Positions 26,301 through 41,900 of a stretch of DNA of 64,000 nt are shown here, piece after piece. Under the pieces are notes generated by a model. That model was given only the letters and a program-made list of their open reading frames with translations, did no database searches and had not been told where the DNA came from. Location: contig OZ024743.1 of the NCBI GenBank assembly GCA_964016885.1, positions 140,058,001 through 140,122,000 of the forward strand, in the 5' to 3' direction. The stretch comes from Eledone cirrhosa. Lineage: Eukaryota. The number at the start of each line of letters is the position of its first letter. The first letter of the stretch is position 1. A program made the translations under genes and the position numbers.

Positions 26301-29300
26301 TTCGCTGGCTGGAAATTATCTCCCCTTGGACGCTGGAAATTATAGCCCCTTGGAGGGCTGGAAATTATCTTCCCTTGGACGGCTGGAAATTATCTCCCCT
26401 TGATTTTTTTTACATATTATCTCCCCCTGATTTTTTTTTACAAATTATCTCCCCGATTTTTTTTTACAAATTATCTCCCCCTGATTTTTTTTTTACAAAT
26501 TATCTCCGCCTGATTTTTTTTTAAAAATTATCTCCCTTTGGACGGCTGGAAATTATCTCCCCTTGGACGGCTGGAAATTATCTCCCCTTGGACGGCTAGA
26601 AATTACCTCTCCTTGGACGGCTGAAAATTATCTCCCCTTGGACGGCTGGAAATTATCTCCCCTTGATTTTTTTACAAATTATCTCCCCCTGATTTTTTTT
26701 TACAAATTATCTCCCGCTGATTTTTTTTTTACAAATTATCTCCCCCTGATTTTTTTTACAAATTATCTCCCCCTGATTTTTTTACAAATTATCTCCCCTT
26801 GGCTGGCTGGAAATTATCTCCCCTTGGAGGCTGGTATTTATCTCCCCTTGGACGGCTGGAAATTAGCTCCCCTTGGACGGCTAGAAATTACCTCTCCTTG
26901 GACGGCTGGAAATTATCTCCCCTTGAACGGCTGGAAATTATCTCCCCTTGGACGGCTGGAAATTATCTCCCCTTGGACGGCTGGAAATTATCTCCCCTTG
27001 GACGGCTAGAAATTACCTCTCCTTGGACGGCTGGAAATTATCTCCCCTTGGACGGCTGGAAATTATCTCCCTTGGACGGCTGGAAATTATTTCCCCTTGA
27101 TTTTTTTTACAAATTATCTCCCCCTGATTTTTTTTACAAATCTCCCCCTAATTTAAAAAAAAATTATCTACCCTTCGCTGGCTGGAAATTATCTCCCTTT
27201 GGACGGCTGGAAATTATAGCTGCTTGTAGGGCTGGAAATTTTCTCCCCTTGGACGGCTGGAAATTATCTCCCCTTTATGTCTTCTACAAATTATCTACCC
27301 CTGATTTTTTTTTTACAAATTATCTCTCCCTGATTTTTTTTACAAATATCTCTCCTTGGCTGGCTGGAAATTATCTCCCCTTGGCTGACTGGAAATTATC
27401 TCCCCTTGGACGGCTGGAAATTATCTCCCCTTGGACGCCTAGAAATTACCTCTCCTTGGACAGCTGTAAATTATCTCCCCTTGGACGGCTGGAAATTATC
27501 TCGCCTTGGACGGCTGGAAATTATCTCCCCTTGATTTTGTATACAAATTATCTCCCCCTGATTTTTTTTTACAAATTATCTGCCCCTGATTATTTTTTTA
27601 CAAATTAGCAACGCCTGATTTTTTTTAAAAATTATCTCCCCTTGGACGGCTGCAAATTATCTCCCCTTGGACGGCTGGAAATTATCTCCCCTTGAACGGC
27701 TAGAAATTACCTCTCCTTGGACGGCTGAAAATTATCTCCCCTTGGACGGCTGGAAATTATCTCCCCTTGAATTTTTTACAAATTATCTCCCCCTTATTTT
27801 TTTTTACAAATTATCTCCCCCTGATTTTTTTTTACAAATTATCTACCCCTGATTTTTTTTTCCAGATTATCTCCCCCTGATTTTTTTTTACAAATTATCT
27901 CCCCCTGTTTTTTTTTACAAATTATTTCCCCCTGATTTTTTTACAAATTATCTCCCCCTGATTTTTTTTACAAATTATCTCCGCCTGATTTTTTTAAATA
28001 TTATCTTCCCTTGGCTGGCGGGAAATAATCTCCCCTTGGACGCCTGGAAATTATCTCCCCTTGGAAGGATGGAAATTATCTCCCCTTGGACGGCTGGAAA
28101 TTATCTCCCCTTGCACTGCTGGAAATTATCTCCCCTTGGACGGCTGGAAATTATCTGCCCTTGATTTTGTTTTTACAAATTATCTTCCCCTGATTTTTTT
28201 TACAGATTATCTCCACCTGATTTTTTAAAAAATTATCTCCCCTTGGACGGCTGGAAATTATCTCCCCTTGGCTGGAAATTATCTCCCCTTGGACGGCTAG
28301 AAATTATCTCTCTTTGGACGGCTGTAAATTATCTCCCCTTGATTTTTTTTACAAATTATCTCCCCCTGATTTTTTTTACAAATCTCCCAGTGATTTTTTT
28401 AAAAAATTATCTCCCCTTCGCTGGCTGGAAATTATCTCCCCTTGGACGCTGGAAATTATAGCCCCTTGGAGGGCTGGAAGTTATCTTCCCTTGGAGGGCT
28501 GGAAATTATCTTCCCTTGGACGGCTGGAAATTATCTCCCCTTGATTTTTTTTACAAATTATCTCCCACTGATTTTTTTTTACAAATTATCTCCCCCTGAT
28601 TTTTTTTTTACAAATTATCTCCCCCTGTTTTTTTACAAATTATCTCCCCCTGATTTATTTTACAAATTATCTCCGCCTGATTTTTTTAAATATTATCTTC
28701 CCTTGGCTGGCGGGAAATAATCTCCCCTTGGACGGCTGGAAATTATCTCCCCTTGGAAGGATGGAAATTATCTCCCCTTGGGCGGCTGGAAATTATCTGA
28801 CCTTGATTTTGTTTTTACAAATTATCTCCCCCTGATTTTTTTTACAAATTATCTCCTTCTGATTTTTGAAAAAATTATCTCCCCTTGGACGGCTGGAAAT
28901 TATCTCCCCTTGGCTGGAAATTATCTCCCCTTGGACGGCTAGAAATTATCTCTCTTTGGACGGCTGGAAATTATCTCCCCTTGATTTTTTTTACAAATCT
29001 CCCAGTGATTTTTTTTTTAAAATTATCTCCCCTTCGCTGGCTGGAAATTATCTCCCCTTGGACGCTGGAAATTATAGCCCCCTGATTTTTTTACAAATTA
29101 TCTCCCCCTGATTTTTTTTTACAAATTATCTCCACCTGATATTTTTTTACAAATTATCTCCGCCTGATTTTTTTTTTAAATTATCTCCCCTTGGACGGCT
29201 GGAAATTATCTCCCCTTGGACGGCTGGAAATTATCTCCCCTTGGACGGCTAGAAATTACCTCTCCTTGGACGGCTGAAAATTATCTCCCCTTGGACGGCT

Positions 29301-30999
29301 GGAAATTATCTCCCCTTGATTTTTTTTTACAAATTATGTCCCCCTGATTTTTTTTTACAAATTATCTACTCCTAATTTTTTTTTACAAGTTATCTCCCCC
29401 TGATTTTTTTTACAAATTATCTCCCCCTGATTTTTTTGCAAATTATCTCCCCCTGATTTTTTTACAAATTATCTCCGCCTGATTTTTTTAAATATTATCT
29501 TCCCTTGGCTGGCGGGAAATTATCTCCCCTTGGACGGCTGGAAATTATCTCCCCTTGGAAGGATGGAAATTATCTCCCCTTGGACGGCTGGAAATTATCT
29601 CCCCTTGCACTGCTGGAAATTATCTCCCCTTGGAAGGCTGTAAATTATCTGCCTTTGATTTTGTTTTTACAAATTATCTTCCCCTGATTTTTTTTTCAAA
29701 TTATCTCCACCTGATTTTTTAAAAAATTATCTCCCCTTGGACGGCTGGAAATTATCTCCCCTTGGATGGCTAGAAATTATCTCTCTTTGGACGGCTGGAA
29801 ATTATCTCCTCTTGATTTTTTTTACAAATTATCTCGCCCTGATTTTTTTTACAAATCTCCCAGTGATTTTTTTTTTAAAATTATCTCCCCTTCGCTGGCT
29901 GGAAATTATCTCCCCTTGGACGGCTAGAAATTATCTCTCTTTGGACGGCTGGAAATTATCTCCCCTTGATTTTTTTTACAAATTATCTCCCCCTGATTTT
30001 TTTTTACAAATTATCTCCCCCTGATTTTTTTTTACAAATTATCTCCCCCTGATTTTTTTTTACAAATTATCTCCCCCTGATTTTTTTTACAAATTACCTC
30101 TTTTGGACGGCTGGAAATTATGTCTCCTTGGACGGCTGGAAATTATCTCCCCTTGGACGGCTGGAAATTATCTCCCCTTGGACGGCTGGAAATTATCTCC
30201 CCTTGGACGGCTGGAAATTATCTCCCCTTGGACGGCTAGAAATTACCTCTCCTTGGACGGCTGAAAATTATCTCCCCTTGGACGGCTGCAAATTATCTCC
30301 CCTTGATTTTTTTTACAAATTATCTCCCCCTGATTTTTTTTTACAAATTATCTCCCCCTGATTTTTTTTTACAAATTATCTACCCCTGATTTTTTTTACA
30401 AATTATCTCCCCCTGATTTTTTTTTACAATTTATCTCCCCCTGATTTTTTTTTACAAATTATCTCCCCCTGATTTTTTTTTTACAAATTATCTCCCCCTG
30501 ATTTTTTTACAAATTATCTCCCCCTGATTTTTTTTACAATCTCCGCCTGATTTTTTTTAAAATTATCTTCCCTTGGCTGGCGGGAAATTATCTCCCCTTG
30601 GACGGCTGGAAATTATCTCCTGTTGCACGGCTGGAAATTATCTCCCCTTGGACAGCTGGAAATTATCTGCCCTTGATTTTGTTTTTACAAATTATCTCCC
30701 CCTGATTTTTTTTACAAATCTCCCCCTGATTTTTTTAAAAATTATCTCGCCTTGGACGGCTGGAAATTATCTCCCCTTGGCTGGAAATTATCTCCGCTTG
30801 GACGGCTAGAAATTATCTCTCTTTGGACGGCTGGAAATTATCTCCCTTTGATTTTTTTACAAATTATCTCCCTCTGATTTTTTTTACAAATCTCCCCCTG
30901 ATTTTTTGAAAAAAAATTATCTCCCCTTCGCTAGCTGGAAATTATCTCCCCTTGGACACTGGAAATTATAGCCCCTTGGAGGGCTGGAAATTATCTCTG

Positions 31000-33900
31000 A
31001 TTTTTTTTTTACAAATTATCTCCCCCTGATTTTTTTTACAAATTATCTCCCCCTGATTTTTTTTTTACAAATTATCTCCCCCTGATTTTTTTACAAATTA
31101 TCTCCCCCTGATTTTTTTACAAATTATCTCCGCCTGATTTTTTTAAATATTATCTTCCCTTGGCTGGCGGGAAATTATCTCCTCTTGGACGGCTGGAAAT
31201 TATCTCCCCTTGGAAGGATGGAAATTATCTCCCCTTGGACGGCTGGAAATTATCTCCCCTTGCACTGCTGGAAATTATCTCCCCTTGGACGGCTGGAAAT
31301 TATCTGCCCTTGATTTTGTTTTTACAAATTATCTCCACCTGATTTTTTTTTCAAATTATCTCCACCTGATTTTTTAAAAAATTATCTCCCCTTGGACGGC
31401 CGGAAATTATCTCCCCTTGGACGGCTAGAAATTATCTCTCTTTGGAAGGCTGGAAATTATCTCCTCTTGATTTTTTTTACAAATTATCTCCCCCTGATTT
31501 TTTTTACAAATCTCCCAGTGATTTTTTAAAAAAAAATTATCTCCCCTTCGCTGGCTGGAAATTATCTCCCCTTGGACGGCTAGAAATTATCTCTCTTTGG
31601 ACGGCTGGAAATTATCTCCCCTTGATTTTTTTTACAAATTATCTCCCCCTGATTTTTTTTTACAAATTGTCTCCCCCTGATTTTTTTTTACAAATTATCT
31701 CCCCCTGATTTTTTTTACAAATTATCTCCCCTTGGACGGCTGGAAATTATCTCCCCTTGGCTGGAAAATATCACCCCTTGGACGGCTAGAAATTATCTCT
31801 CTTTGGACGGCTGGAAATTATCTCCCCTTGATTTTTTTTACAAATTATCTCCCCCTGATTTTTTTTACAAATCTCCCAGTGATTTTTTTAAAAAAATTAT
31901 CTCCCCTTCGCTGGCTGGAAATTATCTCCCCTTGGACAAATTATCTGCCCTTGATTTTGTTTTTACAAATTATCTTCCCCTGATTTTTTTTTACAAATTA
32001 TCTCCCCCTGATTTTTTTTTTACAAATTATCTCCGCCTGATTTTTTTTTTAAATTATCTCCCCTTGGACGGCTGGAAATTATCTCCCCTTGGACGGCTGG
32101 AAATTATCTCCCCTTGGACGGCTAGAAATTACCTCTCCTTGGACGGCTGAAAATTATCTCCCCTTGGACGGCTGGAAATTATCTCCCATTGATTTTTTTA
32201 CAAATTATCTACCCCTGATTTTTTTTTACAAATTATCTCCCCCTGATTTTTTTTACAAATTATCTCCCCCTGATTTTTTTACAAATTATCTCCCCCTGAT
32301 TTTTTTTACAAATTATCTCCGCCTGATTTTTTTAAATATTATCTTCCCTTGGCTGGCGGGAAATTATCTCCCCTTTGACGGCTGGAAATTATCTCCCCTT
32401 GGAAGGATGGAAATTATCTCCCCTTGGACGCTGGAAATTATAGCCCCTTGGAGGGCTGGAAATTATCTTCCCTTGGCCGGCTGGAAATTATCTCCCCTTG
32501 ATTTTTTTTACAAATTATCTCCCCCTGATTTTTTTTTACAAATTATCTCCCCCTGATTTTTTTTTACAAATTATCTCCCCCTGATTTTTTTTACAAATTA
32601 TCTCCGCCTGATTTTTTTTTAAAAATTATCTCCCCTTGGACGGCTGGAAATTATCTCCCCTTGGACGGCTGGAAATTATCTCCCCTTGGACGGCTAGAAA
32701 TTACCTCTCCTTGGACGGCTGAAAATTATCTCCCCTTGGACGGCTGGAAATTATCTCCCCTTGGACGGCTGGAAATTATCTCCCCTTGCACTGCTGGAAA
32801 TTATCTCCCCTTGGACGGCTGGAAATTATCTGCCCTTGATTTTGTTTTTACAAATTATCTTCCCCTGATTTTTTTTTCAAATTATCTCCACCTGATTTTT
32901 TAAAAAATTATCTCCCCTTGGACGGCTGGAAATTATCTCCCCTTGGACGGCTAGAAATTATCTCTCTTTGGACGGCTGGAAATTATCTCCTCTTAATTTT
33001 TTTTACAAATTATCTCCCCCTGATTTTTTTTACAAATCTCCCAGTGATTTTTTAAAAAAAATTATCTACCCTTCGCTGGCTGCAAATTATCTCCCCTTGG
33101 ACGGCTAGAAATTATCTCTCTTTGGACGGCTGGAAATTATCTCCCCTTGATTTTTTTTACAAATTATCTCCCCCTGATTTTTTTTTACAAATTATCTCCC
33201 CCTGATTTTTTTTTACAAATTATCTCCCCTTGATTTTTTTTTACTAATTATCTCCCCCTGATTTTTTTTACAAATTAGCTCCCCTTGGCTGGCTGGAAAT
33301 TATCTCCCCTTCGAGGCTGGAATTTATCTTCCCTTGGACGGCTAGAAATTACCTCTCCTTGGACGGCTGGAAATTATGTCTCCTTGGACGGCTGGAAATT
33401 ATCTCCCCTTGGACGGCTGGAAATTATCTCCCCTTGGACGGCTGGAAATTATCTCCCCTTGGACGGCTAGATATTACCTCTCCTTGGACGGCTGGAAATT
33501 ATCTGCCCTTGGACGGCTGGAAATTATCTCCCCTTGGACGGCTGGAAATTATTTCCCCTTGATTTTTTTTACAGATTATCTCCCCCTGATTTTTTTTTAC
33601 AAATCTCCCCCTAATTTAAAAAAAAATTATCTCCCCTTCGCTGGCTGGAAATTATCTTCCTTTGGACGGCTGGAAATTATAGCCGCTTGTAGGGCTGGAA
33701 ATTATCTCCCCTTGGACGGCTGGAAATTATCTCCCCTTGATTTTTTTTTACAAATTATCTCCGCCTGATTTTTTTAAAAAAATTATCTCCCCTTGGCTGG
33801 ATGGAAATTATCTCCCCTTGGACGGCTGGAAATTATCTCCCCTTGATTTTTTTTTACAAATTATCTCCGCCTGATTTTTTTAAATATTATCTTCCCTTGG

Positions 33901-36900
33901 CTGGCGGGAAATTATCTCCCCTTGGACGGCTGGAAGTTATCTCCCCTTGGAAGGATGGAAATTATCTCCCCTTGGACGGCTGGAAATTATCTCCCCTTGC
34001 ACTGCTGGAAATTATCTCCCCTTGGACGGCTGGAAATTATCTGCCTTTGATTTTGTTTTTACAAATTATCTTCCCCTGATTTTTTTTTCAAATTATCTCC
34101 ACCTGATTTTTTAAAAAGTTATCTCCCCTTGGACGGCTGGAAATTATCTCCCCTTGGACGGCTAGAAATTATCTCTCTTTGGACGGCTGGAAATTATCTC
34201 CTCTTGATTTTTTTTACAAATTATCTCCCCCTGATTTTTTTTACAAATCACCCAGTGATTTTTTTTTAAAAATTATCTCCCCTTCGCTGGCTGGAAATTA
34301 TCTCCCCTTGGACGGCTAGAAATTATCTCTCTTTGGACGGCTGGAAATTATCTCCCCTTGATTTTTTTTACAAATTATCTCCCCCTGATTTTTTTTTACA
34401 AATTATCTCCCCCTGATTTTTTTTTACAAATTATCTCCCCCTGATTTTTTTTACAAATTATCTCCCCCTGATTTTTTTTACAAATTACCTCTTTTGGACG
34501 GCTGGAAATTATGTCTCCTTGGACGGCTGGAAATTATCTCCCCTTGGACGGCTGGAAATTATCTCCCCTTGGACGGCTGGAAATTATCTCCCCTTGGACG
34601 GCTGGAAATTATCTCCCCTTGGACGGCTAGAAATTACCTCTCCTTGGACGGCTGAAAATTATCTCCCCTTGGACGGCTGCAAATTATCTCCCCTTGATTT
34701 TTTTTACAAATTATCTCCCCCTGATTTTTTTTTACAAATTATCTCCCCCTGATTTTTTTTTACAAATTATCTACCCCTGATTTTTTTTACAAATTATCTC
34801 CCCCTGATTTTTTTTTACAATTTATCTCCCCCTGATTTTTTTTTACAAATTATCTCCCCCTGATTTTTTTTTTACAAATTATCTCCCCCTGATTTTTTTA
34901 CAAATTATCTCCCCCTGATTTTTTTTACAATCTCCGCCTGATTTTTTTAAAAATTATCTTCCCTTGGCTGGCGGGAAATTATCTCCCCTTGGACGGCTGG
35001 AAATTATCTCCCCTTGCACGGCTGGAAATTATCTCCCCTTGGACAGCTGGAAATTATCTGCCCTTGATTTTGTTTTTACAAATTATCTCCCCCTGATTTT
35101 TTTTACAAATTATCTCCACCTGATTTTTTTAAAAATTATCTCGCCTTGGACGGCTGGAAATTATCTCCCCTTGGCTGGAAATTATCTCCCCTTGGGCGGC
35201 TAGAAATTATCTCTCTTTGGACGGCTGGAAATTATCTCCCTTTGATTTTTTTACAAATTATCTCCCTCTGATTTTTTTTACAAATCTCCCCCTGATTTTT
35301 TGAAAAAAAATTATCTCCCCTTCGCTAGCTGGAAATTATCTCCCCTTGGACACTGGAAATTATAGCCCCTTGGAGGGCTGGAAATTATCTTCCCTTGGAC
35401 AGCTGGAAATTATCTCCCCTTGATTTTTTTTACAAATTATCTACCCCTGATTTTTTTTTACAAATTATCTCCCCCTGATTTTTTTTTTACAAATTATCTC
35501 CCCCTGTTTTTTGACAAATTATCTCCCCCTGATTTATTTTACAAATTATCTCCGCCTGACTTTTTAAAATATTATCTTCCCTTGGCTGGCGGGAAATAAT
35601 CTCCCCTTGGACGGCTGGAAATTATCTCCCGTTGGAAGGATGGAAATTATCTCCCCTTGGACGGCTGGAAATTATCTGACCTTGATTTTGTTTTTACAAA
35701 TTATCTCCCCCTGATTTTTTTTACAAATTATCTCCTTCTGATTTTTGAAAAGATTATCTCCCCTTCGCTGGCTGGCAATTATCTCCCCTTGGACGCTGGA
35801 AATTATAGCCCCCTGATTTTTTTACAAATTATCTCCCCCAGATTTTTTTTTACAAATTATCTCCACCTGATTTTTTTTTTACAAATTATCTCCCCTTGGA
35901 CGGCTGGAAATTATCTCCCCTTGGACGGCTGGAAATTATCTCCCCTTGGACGGCTAGAAATTACCTCTCCTTGGACGGCTGAAAATTATCTCCCCTTGGA
36001 CGGCTGGAAATTATCTCCCCTTGATTTTTTTTACAAATTATGTCCCCGTGATTTTTTTTTACAAATTATCTACCTCTGATTTTTTTTTTACAAATTATCT
36101 CCCCCTGATTTTTTTTACAAATTATCTCCCCCTGATTTTTTTTTTACAAATTATCTCCCCCTGATTTTTTTACAAATTATCTCCCCCTGATTTTTTTACA
36201 AATTATCTCCGCCTGATTTTTTTAAATATTATCTTCCCTTGGCTGGCGGGAAATTATCTCCCCTTGGACGGCTGGAAATTATCTCCCCTTGGAAGGATGG
36301 AAATTATCTCCCCTTGGACGGCTGGAAATTATCTCCCCTTGCACTGCTGGAAATTATCTCCCCTTGGACGGCTGGAAATTATCTGCCCTTGATTTTGTTT
36401 TTACAAATTATCTCCACCTGATTTTTTTTTCAAATTATCTCCACCTGATTTTTTAAAAAATTATCTCCCCTTGGACGGCCGGAAATTATCTCCCCTTGGA
36501 CGGCTAGAAATTATCTCTCTTTGGAAGGCTGGAAATTATCTACTCTTGATTTTTTTTACAAATTATCTCCCCCTGATTTTTTTTACAAATCTCCCAGTGA
36601 TTTTTTTTAAAAAAATTATCTCCCCTTCGCTGGCTGGAAATTATTTCCCCTTGGACGGCTAGAAATTATCTCTCTTTGGACGGCTGGAAATTATCTCCCC
36701 TTGATTTTTTTTACAAATTATCTCCCCCTGATTTTTTTTTACAAATTACCTCCCCCTGATTTTTTTTTACAAATTATCTCCCCCTGATTTTTTTTACAAA
36801 TTATCTCCCCTTGGACGGCTGGAAATTATCTCCCCTTGGCTGGAAAATATCTCCCCTTGGACGGCTAGAAATTATCTCTCTTTGGACGGCTGGAAATTAT

Positions 36901-38900
36901 CTCCCCTTGATTTTTTTTACAAATTATCTCCCCCTGATTTTTTTTACAAATCTCCCAGTGATTTTTTTAAAAAAATTATCTCCCCTTCGCTGGCTGGAAA
37001 TTATCTCCCCTTGGACAAATTATCTGCCCTTGATTTTGTTTTTACAAATTATCTTCCCCTGATTTTTTTTTACAAATTATCTCCCCCTGATTTTTTTTTT
37101 ACAAATTATCTCCGCCTGATTTTTTTTTTAAATTATCTCCCCTTGGACGGCTGGAAATTATCTCCCCTTGGACGGCTGGAAATTATCTCCCCTTGGACGG
37201 CTAGAAATTACCTCTCCTTGGACGGCTGAAAATTATCTCCCCTTGGACGGCTGGAAATTATCTCCCATTGATTTTTTTACAAATTATCTACCCCTGATTT
37301 TTTTTTACAAATTATCTCCCCCTGATTTTTTTTACAAATTATCTCCCCCTGATTTTTTTACAAATTATCTCCCCCTGATTTTTTTTACAAATTATCTCCG
37401 CCTGATTTTTTAAAATATTATCTTCCCTTGGCTGGCGGGAAATTATCTCCCCTTTGACGGCTGGAAATTATCTCCCCTTGGAAGGATGGAAATTATCTCC
37501 CCTTGGACGCTGGAAATTATAGCCCCTTGGAGGGCTGGAAATTATCTTCCCTTGGCCGGCTGGAAATTATCTCCCCTTGATTTTTTTTACAAATTATCTC
37601 CCCCTGATTTTTTTTTACAAATTATCTCCCCCTGATTTTTTTTTACAAATTATCTCCCCCTGATTTTTTTTACAAATTATCTCCGCCTGATTTTTTTTAA
37701 AAAATTATCTCCCCTTGGACGGCTGGAAATTATCTCCCCTTGGACGGCTGGAAATTATCTCCCCTTGGACGGCTAGAAATTACCTCTCCTTGGACGGCTG
37801 AAAATTATCTCCCCTTGGACGGCTGGAAATTATCTCCCCTTGGACGGCTGGAAATTATCTCCCCTTGCACTGCTGGAAATTATCTCCCCTTGGACGGCTG
37901 GAAATTATCTGCCCTTGATTTTGTTTTTACAAATTATCTTCCCCTGATTTTTTTTTCAAATTATCTCCACCTGATTTTTTAAAAAATTATCTCCCCTTGG
38001 ACGGCTGGAAATTATCTCCCCTTGGACGGCTAGAAATTATCTCTCTTTGGACGGCTGGAAATTATCTCCTCTTAATTTTTTTTACAAATTATCTCCCCCT
38101 GATTTTTTTTACAAATCTCCCAGTTATTTTTAAAAAAAAATTATCTCCCCTTCGCTGGCTGGAAATTATCTCCCCTTGGACGGCTAGAAATTATCTCTCT
38201 TTGGACGGCTGGAAATTATCTCCCCTTGATTTTTTTTACAAATTATCTCCCCCTGATTTTTTTTTACAAATTATCTCCCCCTGATTTTTTTTTACAAATT
38301 ATCTCCCCTTGATTTTTTTTTACTAATTATCTCCCCCTGATTTTTTTTACAAATTAGCTCCCCTTGGCTGGCTGGAAATTATCTCCCCTTCGAGGCTGGA
38401 ATTTATCTTCCCTTCGACGGCTAGAAATTACCTCTCCTTGGACGGCTGGAAATTATGTCTCCTTGGACGGCTGGAAATTATCTCCCCTTGGACGGCTGGA
38501 AATTATCTCCCCTTGGACGGCTGGAAATTATCTTCCCTTGGACGGCTAGATATTACCTCTCCTTGGACGGCTGGAAATTATCTGCCCTTGGACGGCTGGA
38601 AATTATCTCCCCTTGGACGGCTGGAAATTATTTCCCCTTGATTTTTTTTACAGATTATCTCCCCCTGATTTTTTTTTACAAATCTCCCCCTAATTTAAAA
38701 AAAAATTATCTCCCCTTCGCTGGCTGGAAATTATCTTCCTTTGGACGGCTGGAAATTATAGCCGCTTGTAGGGCTGGAAATTATCTCCCCTTGGACGGCT
38801 GGAAATTATCTCCCCTTGATTTTTTTTTACAAATTATCTCCGCCTGATTTTTTTAAAAAAATTATCTCCCCTTGGCTGGATGGAAATTATCTCCCCTTGG
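31000..38900 (+). repeat. ~5.08 kb higher-order periodicity
   Basis: ORF-track pairs offset by 5079: 31160/36239, 31732/36811, 32089/37168, 32661/37740, 33285/38364, 33376/38455. Boundaries are approximate. Confidence 0.85.
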
Positions 38901-41900
38901 ACGGCTGGAAATTATCTCCCCTTGATTTCTTCTACAAAGTATCTACCCCTGATTTTTTTTTTACAAATTATTTCTCCCTGATTTTTTTTTACAAATATCT
39001 CCCCTTGGCTGGCTGGAAATTACCTCCCCTTGGCTGGCTGGAAATTATCTCCCCCTGATATTTTTTTACAAATTAGCTCCCCCTGATTTTTTTTTACAAA
39101 TTATCTCCCCCTGATTTTTTTCACAAATTATCTCCCCCTGATTTTTTTTACAAATTATCTCCCCTGATTTGAAAAAAAAAATTATCTCCCCTTGGACGGC
39201 TGGAAATTATCTCCCCTTGACGGCTATAAATTATCTCTCCTTCGACGGCTGGAAATTATCTCCCCTTGATTTTTTTACAAATTATCTCCCCCTGATTTTT
39301 TTTTACCAATCTACCCCTGATTTAAAAAAAAAATTATCTCCCCTTCGCTGGCTGGAAATTATCTCCCCTTGGACGGCTGGAAATTATCTCCCCTTGGAAG
39401 GATGGAAATTATCTCCCCTTGGACGGCTGGAAATTATCTCCCCTTGCACGGCTGGAAATTATCTCCCCTTGGACGGCTAGAAATTACCTCTCCTTGGACG
39501 GCTGAAAATTATCTCCCCTTGGACGGCTGGAAATTATCTCCCCCTGATTTTTTTTAAAAATTATCTCCCCTTGCACGGCTGGAAATTATCTCCCCTTGGA
39601 CGGCTGGAAATTATCTGCCCTTGATTTTGTTTTTACAAATTATCTCCCCCTGATTTTTTTTACAAATTATCTCCACCTGATATTTAAAAAAATTATCTCC
39701 TCTTGGACGGCTGGAAATTATCTCCCCTTGGCTGGAAATTATCTCCCCTTGGACGGCTAGAAATTATCTCTCTTTGGACGGCTGGAAATTATCTACCCTT
39801 GATTCTTTTTACAAATTATCTCCCCCTGATTTTTTTTACAAATCTCCCAGTGATTTTTTAAAAAAAATTGTCTCCCCTTCGCTGGCTGGAAATTATCTCC
39901 CCTTGGACGCTGGAAATTATAGCCCCTTGGAGGCTGGAAATTATCTTCCCTTGGACGGCTGGAAATTATCTCCCCTTGATTTTTTTTACAAATTATCTCC
40001 CCCTGATTTTTTTTTACAAATTATCTTCCCCTGATTTTTTTTTACAAATTATCTCCGCCTGATTTTTTTTTTAAAATTATCTCCCCTTGGACGGCTGGAA
40101 ATTATCTCCCCTTGGACGGCTGGAAATTATCTCCCCTTTGACGGCTAGAATTTACCTCTCCTTGGACGGCTGAAAATTATCTCCCCTTGATTTTTTTTAC
40201 AAATTATCTCCCCCTGATTTTTTTTTTTTCAAATTATCTCCCCCTGATTTTATTTTACATATTATCTACCCCTGATTTTTTTTTACAAATTATCTCCGCC
40301 TGATTTTTTTACAAATTATCTCCCCCTGATTTTTTTACAAATTATCTCCCCCTGATTTATTTTACAAATTATCTCCGCCTGATTTTTTTAAATATTATCT
40401 TCCCTTGGCTGGCGGGAAATAATCTCCCCTTGGACGGCTGGAAATTATCTCCCCTTGGAAGGATGGAAATTATCTCCCCTTGGACGGCTGGAAATTATCT
40501 CCCCTTGCACGGCTGGAAATTATCTCCCCTTGGACGGCTAGAAATTATCTCTCTTAGGACGGCTGGAAATTATCTCCCCTTGATTTTTTTTACAAATTAT
40601 CTCCCCCTGATTTTTTTTACAAATCTCCCAGTGATTTTTTTAAAAAAATAATCTCCCTTTCGCTGGCTGGAAATTATCTCCCCTTGGACGCTGGAAATTA
40701 TAGCCCCTTGGAGGGCTGGATATTATCTTCCCTCGGACGGCTGGAAATTATCTCCCCTTGATTTTTTTTACATATTATCTCCCCCTGATTTTTTTTTACA
40801 AATTATCTCCCCGATTTTTTTTTACAAATTATCTCCCCCTGATTTTTTTTTACAAATTATCTCCGCCTGATTTTTAAAAAAAAATTATCTCCCCTTGGAC
40901 GGCTGGAAATTATCTCCCCTTGAAAAGCTGGAAATTATCTCCCCTTGGACGGCTGGAAATTATTTTCCCTTGATTTTTTTTACAAATTATCTCCCCCTGA
41001 TTTTTTTTACAAATCTCCCCCTAATTTAAAAATAAATTATCTCCCCTTCGCTGGCTGGAAATTATCTCCCTTTGGACGGCTCGAAATTATAGCTGCTTGT
41101 AGGGCTGGAAATTATCTCCCCTTGGACGGCTGGAAATTATCTCCCCTTGATTTTTTTTACTAATTATCTCCCCCTGATTTTTTTTTACAAATTATCTCCG
41201 CCTGATTTTTTTTTTAAAATTATCTCCCCTTGGCTGGATGGAAATTTTCTCCCCTTGGACGGCTGGAAATTATCTCCCCTTTATGTCTTCTACAAATTAT
41301 CTACCCCTGATTTTTTTTTTACAAATTATCTCTCCCTGATTTTTTTTACAAATATCTCGCCTTGGCTGGCTGGAAATTATCTCCCCTTGGCTGACTGGAA
41401 ATTATCTCCCCTTGGACGGCTGGAAATTATCTCCCCTTGGACGCCTAGAAATTACCTCTCCTTGGACAGCTGTAAATTATCTCCCCTTGGACGGCTGGAA
41501 ATTATCTCGCCTTGGACGGCTGGAAATTATCTCCCCTTGATTTTGTATACAAATTATCTCCCCCTGATTTTTTTTTACAAATTATCTGCCCCTGATTATT
41601 TTTTTACAAATTAGCAACGCCTGATTTTTTTTAAAAATTATCTCCCCTTGGACGGCTGGAAATTATCTCCCGTTGGACGGCTGGAAATTATCTCCCCTTG
41701 AACGGCTAGAAATTACCTCTCCTTGGACGGCTGAAAATTATCTCCCCTTGGACGGCTGGAAATTATCTCCCCTTGAATTTTTTACAAATTATCTCCCCCT
41801 TATTTTTTTTTACAAATTATCTCCCCCTGATTTTTTTTTACAAATTATCTACCCCTGATTTTTTTTTCCAGATTATCTCCCCCTGATTTTTTTTTACAAA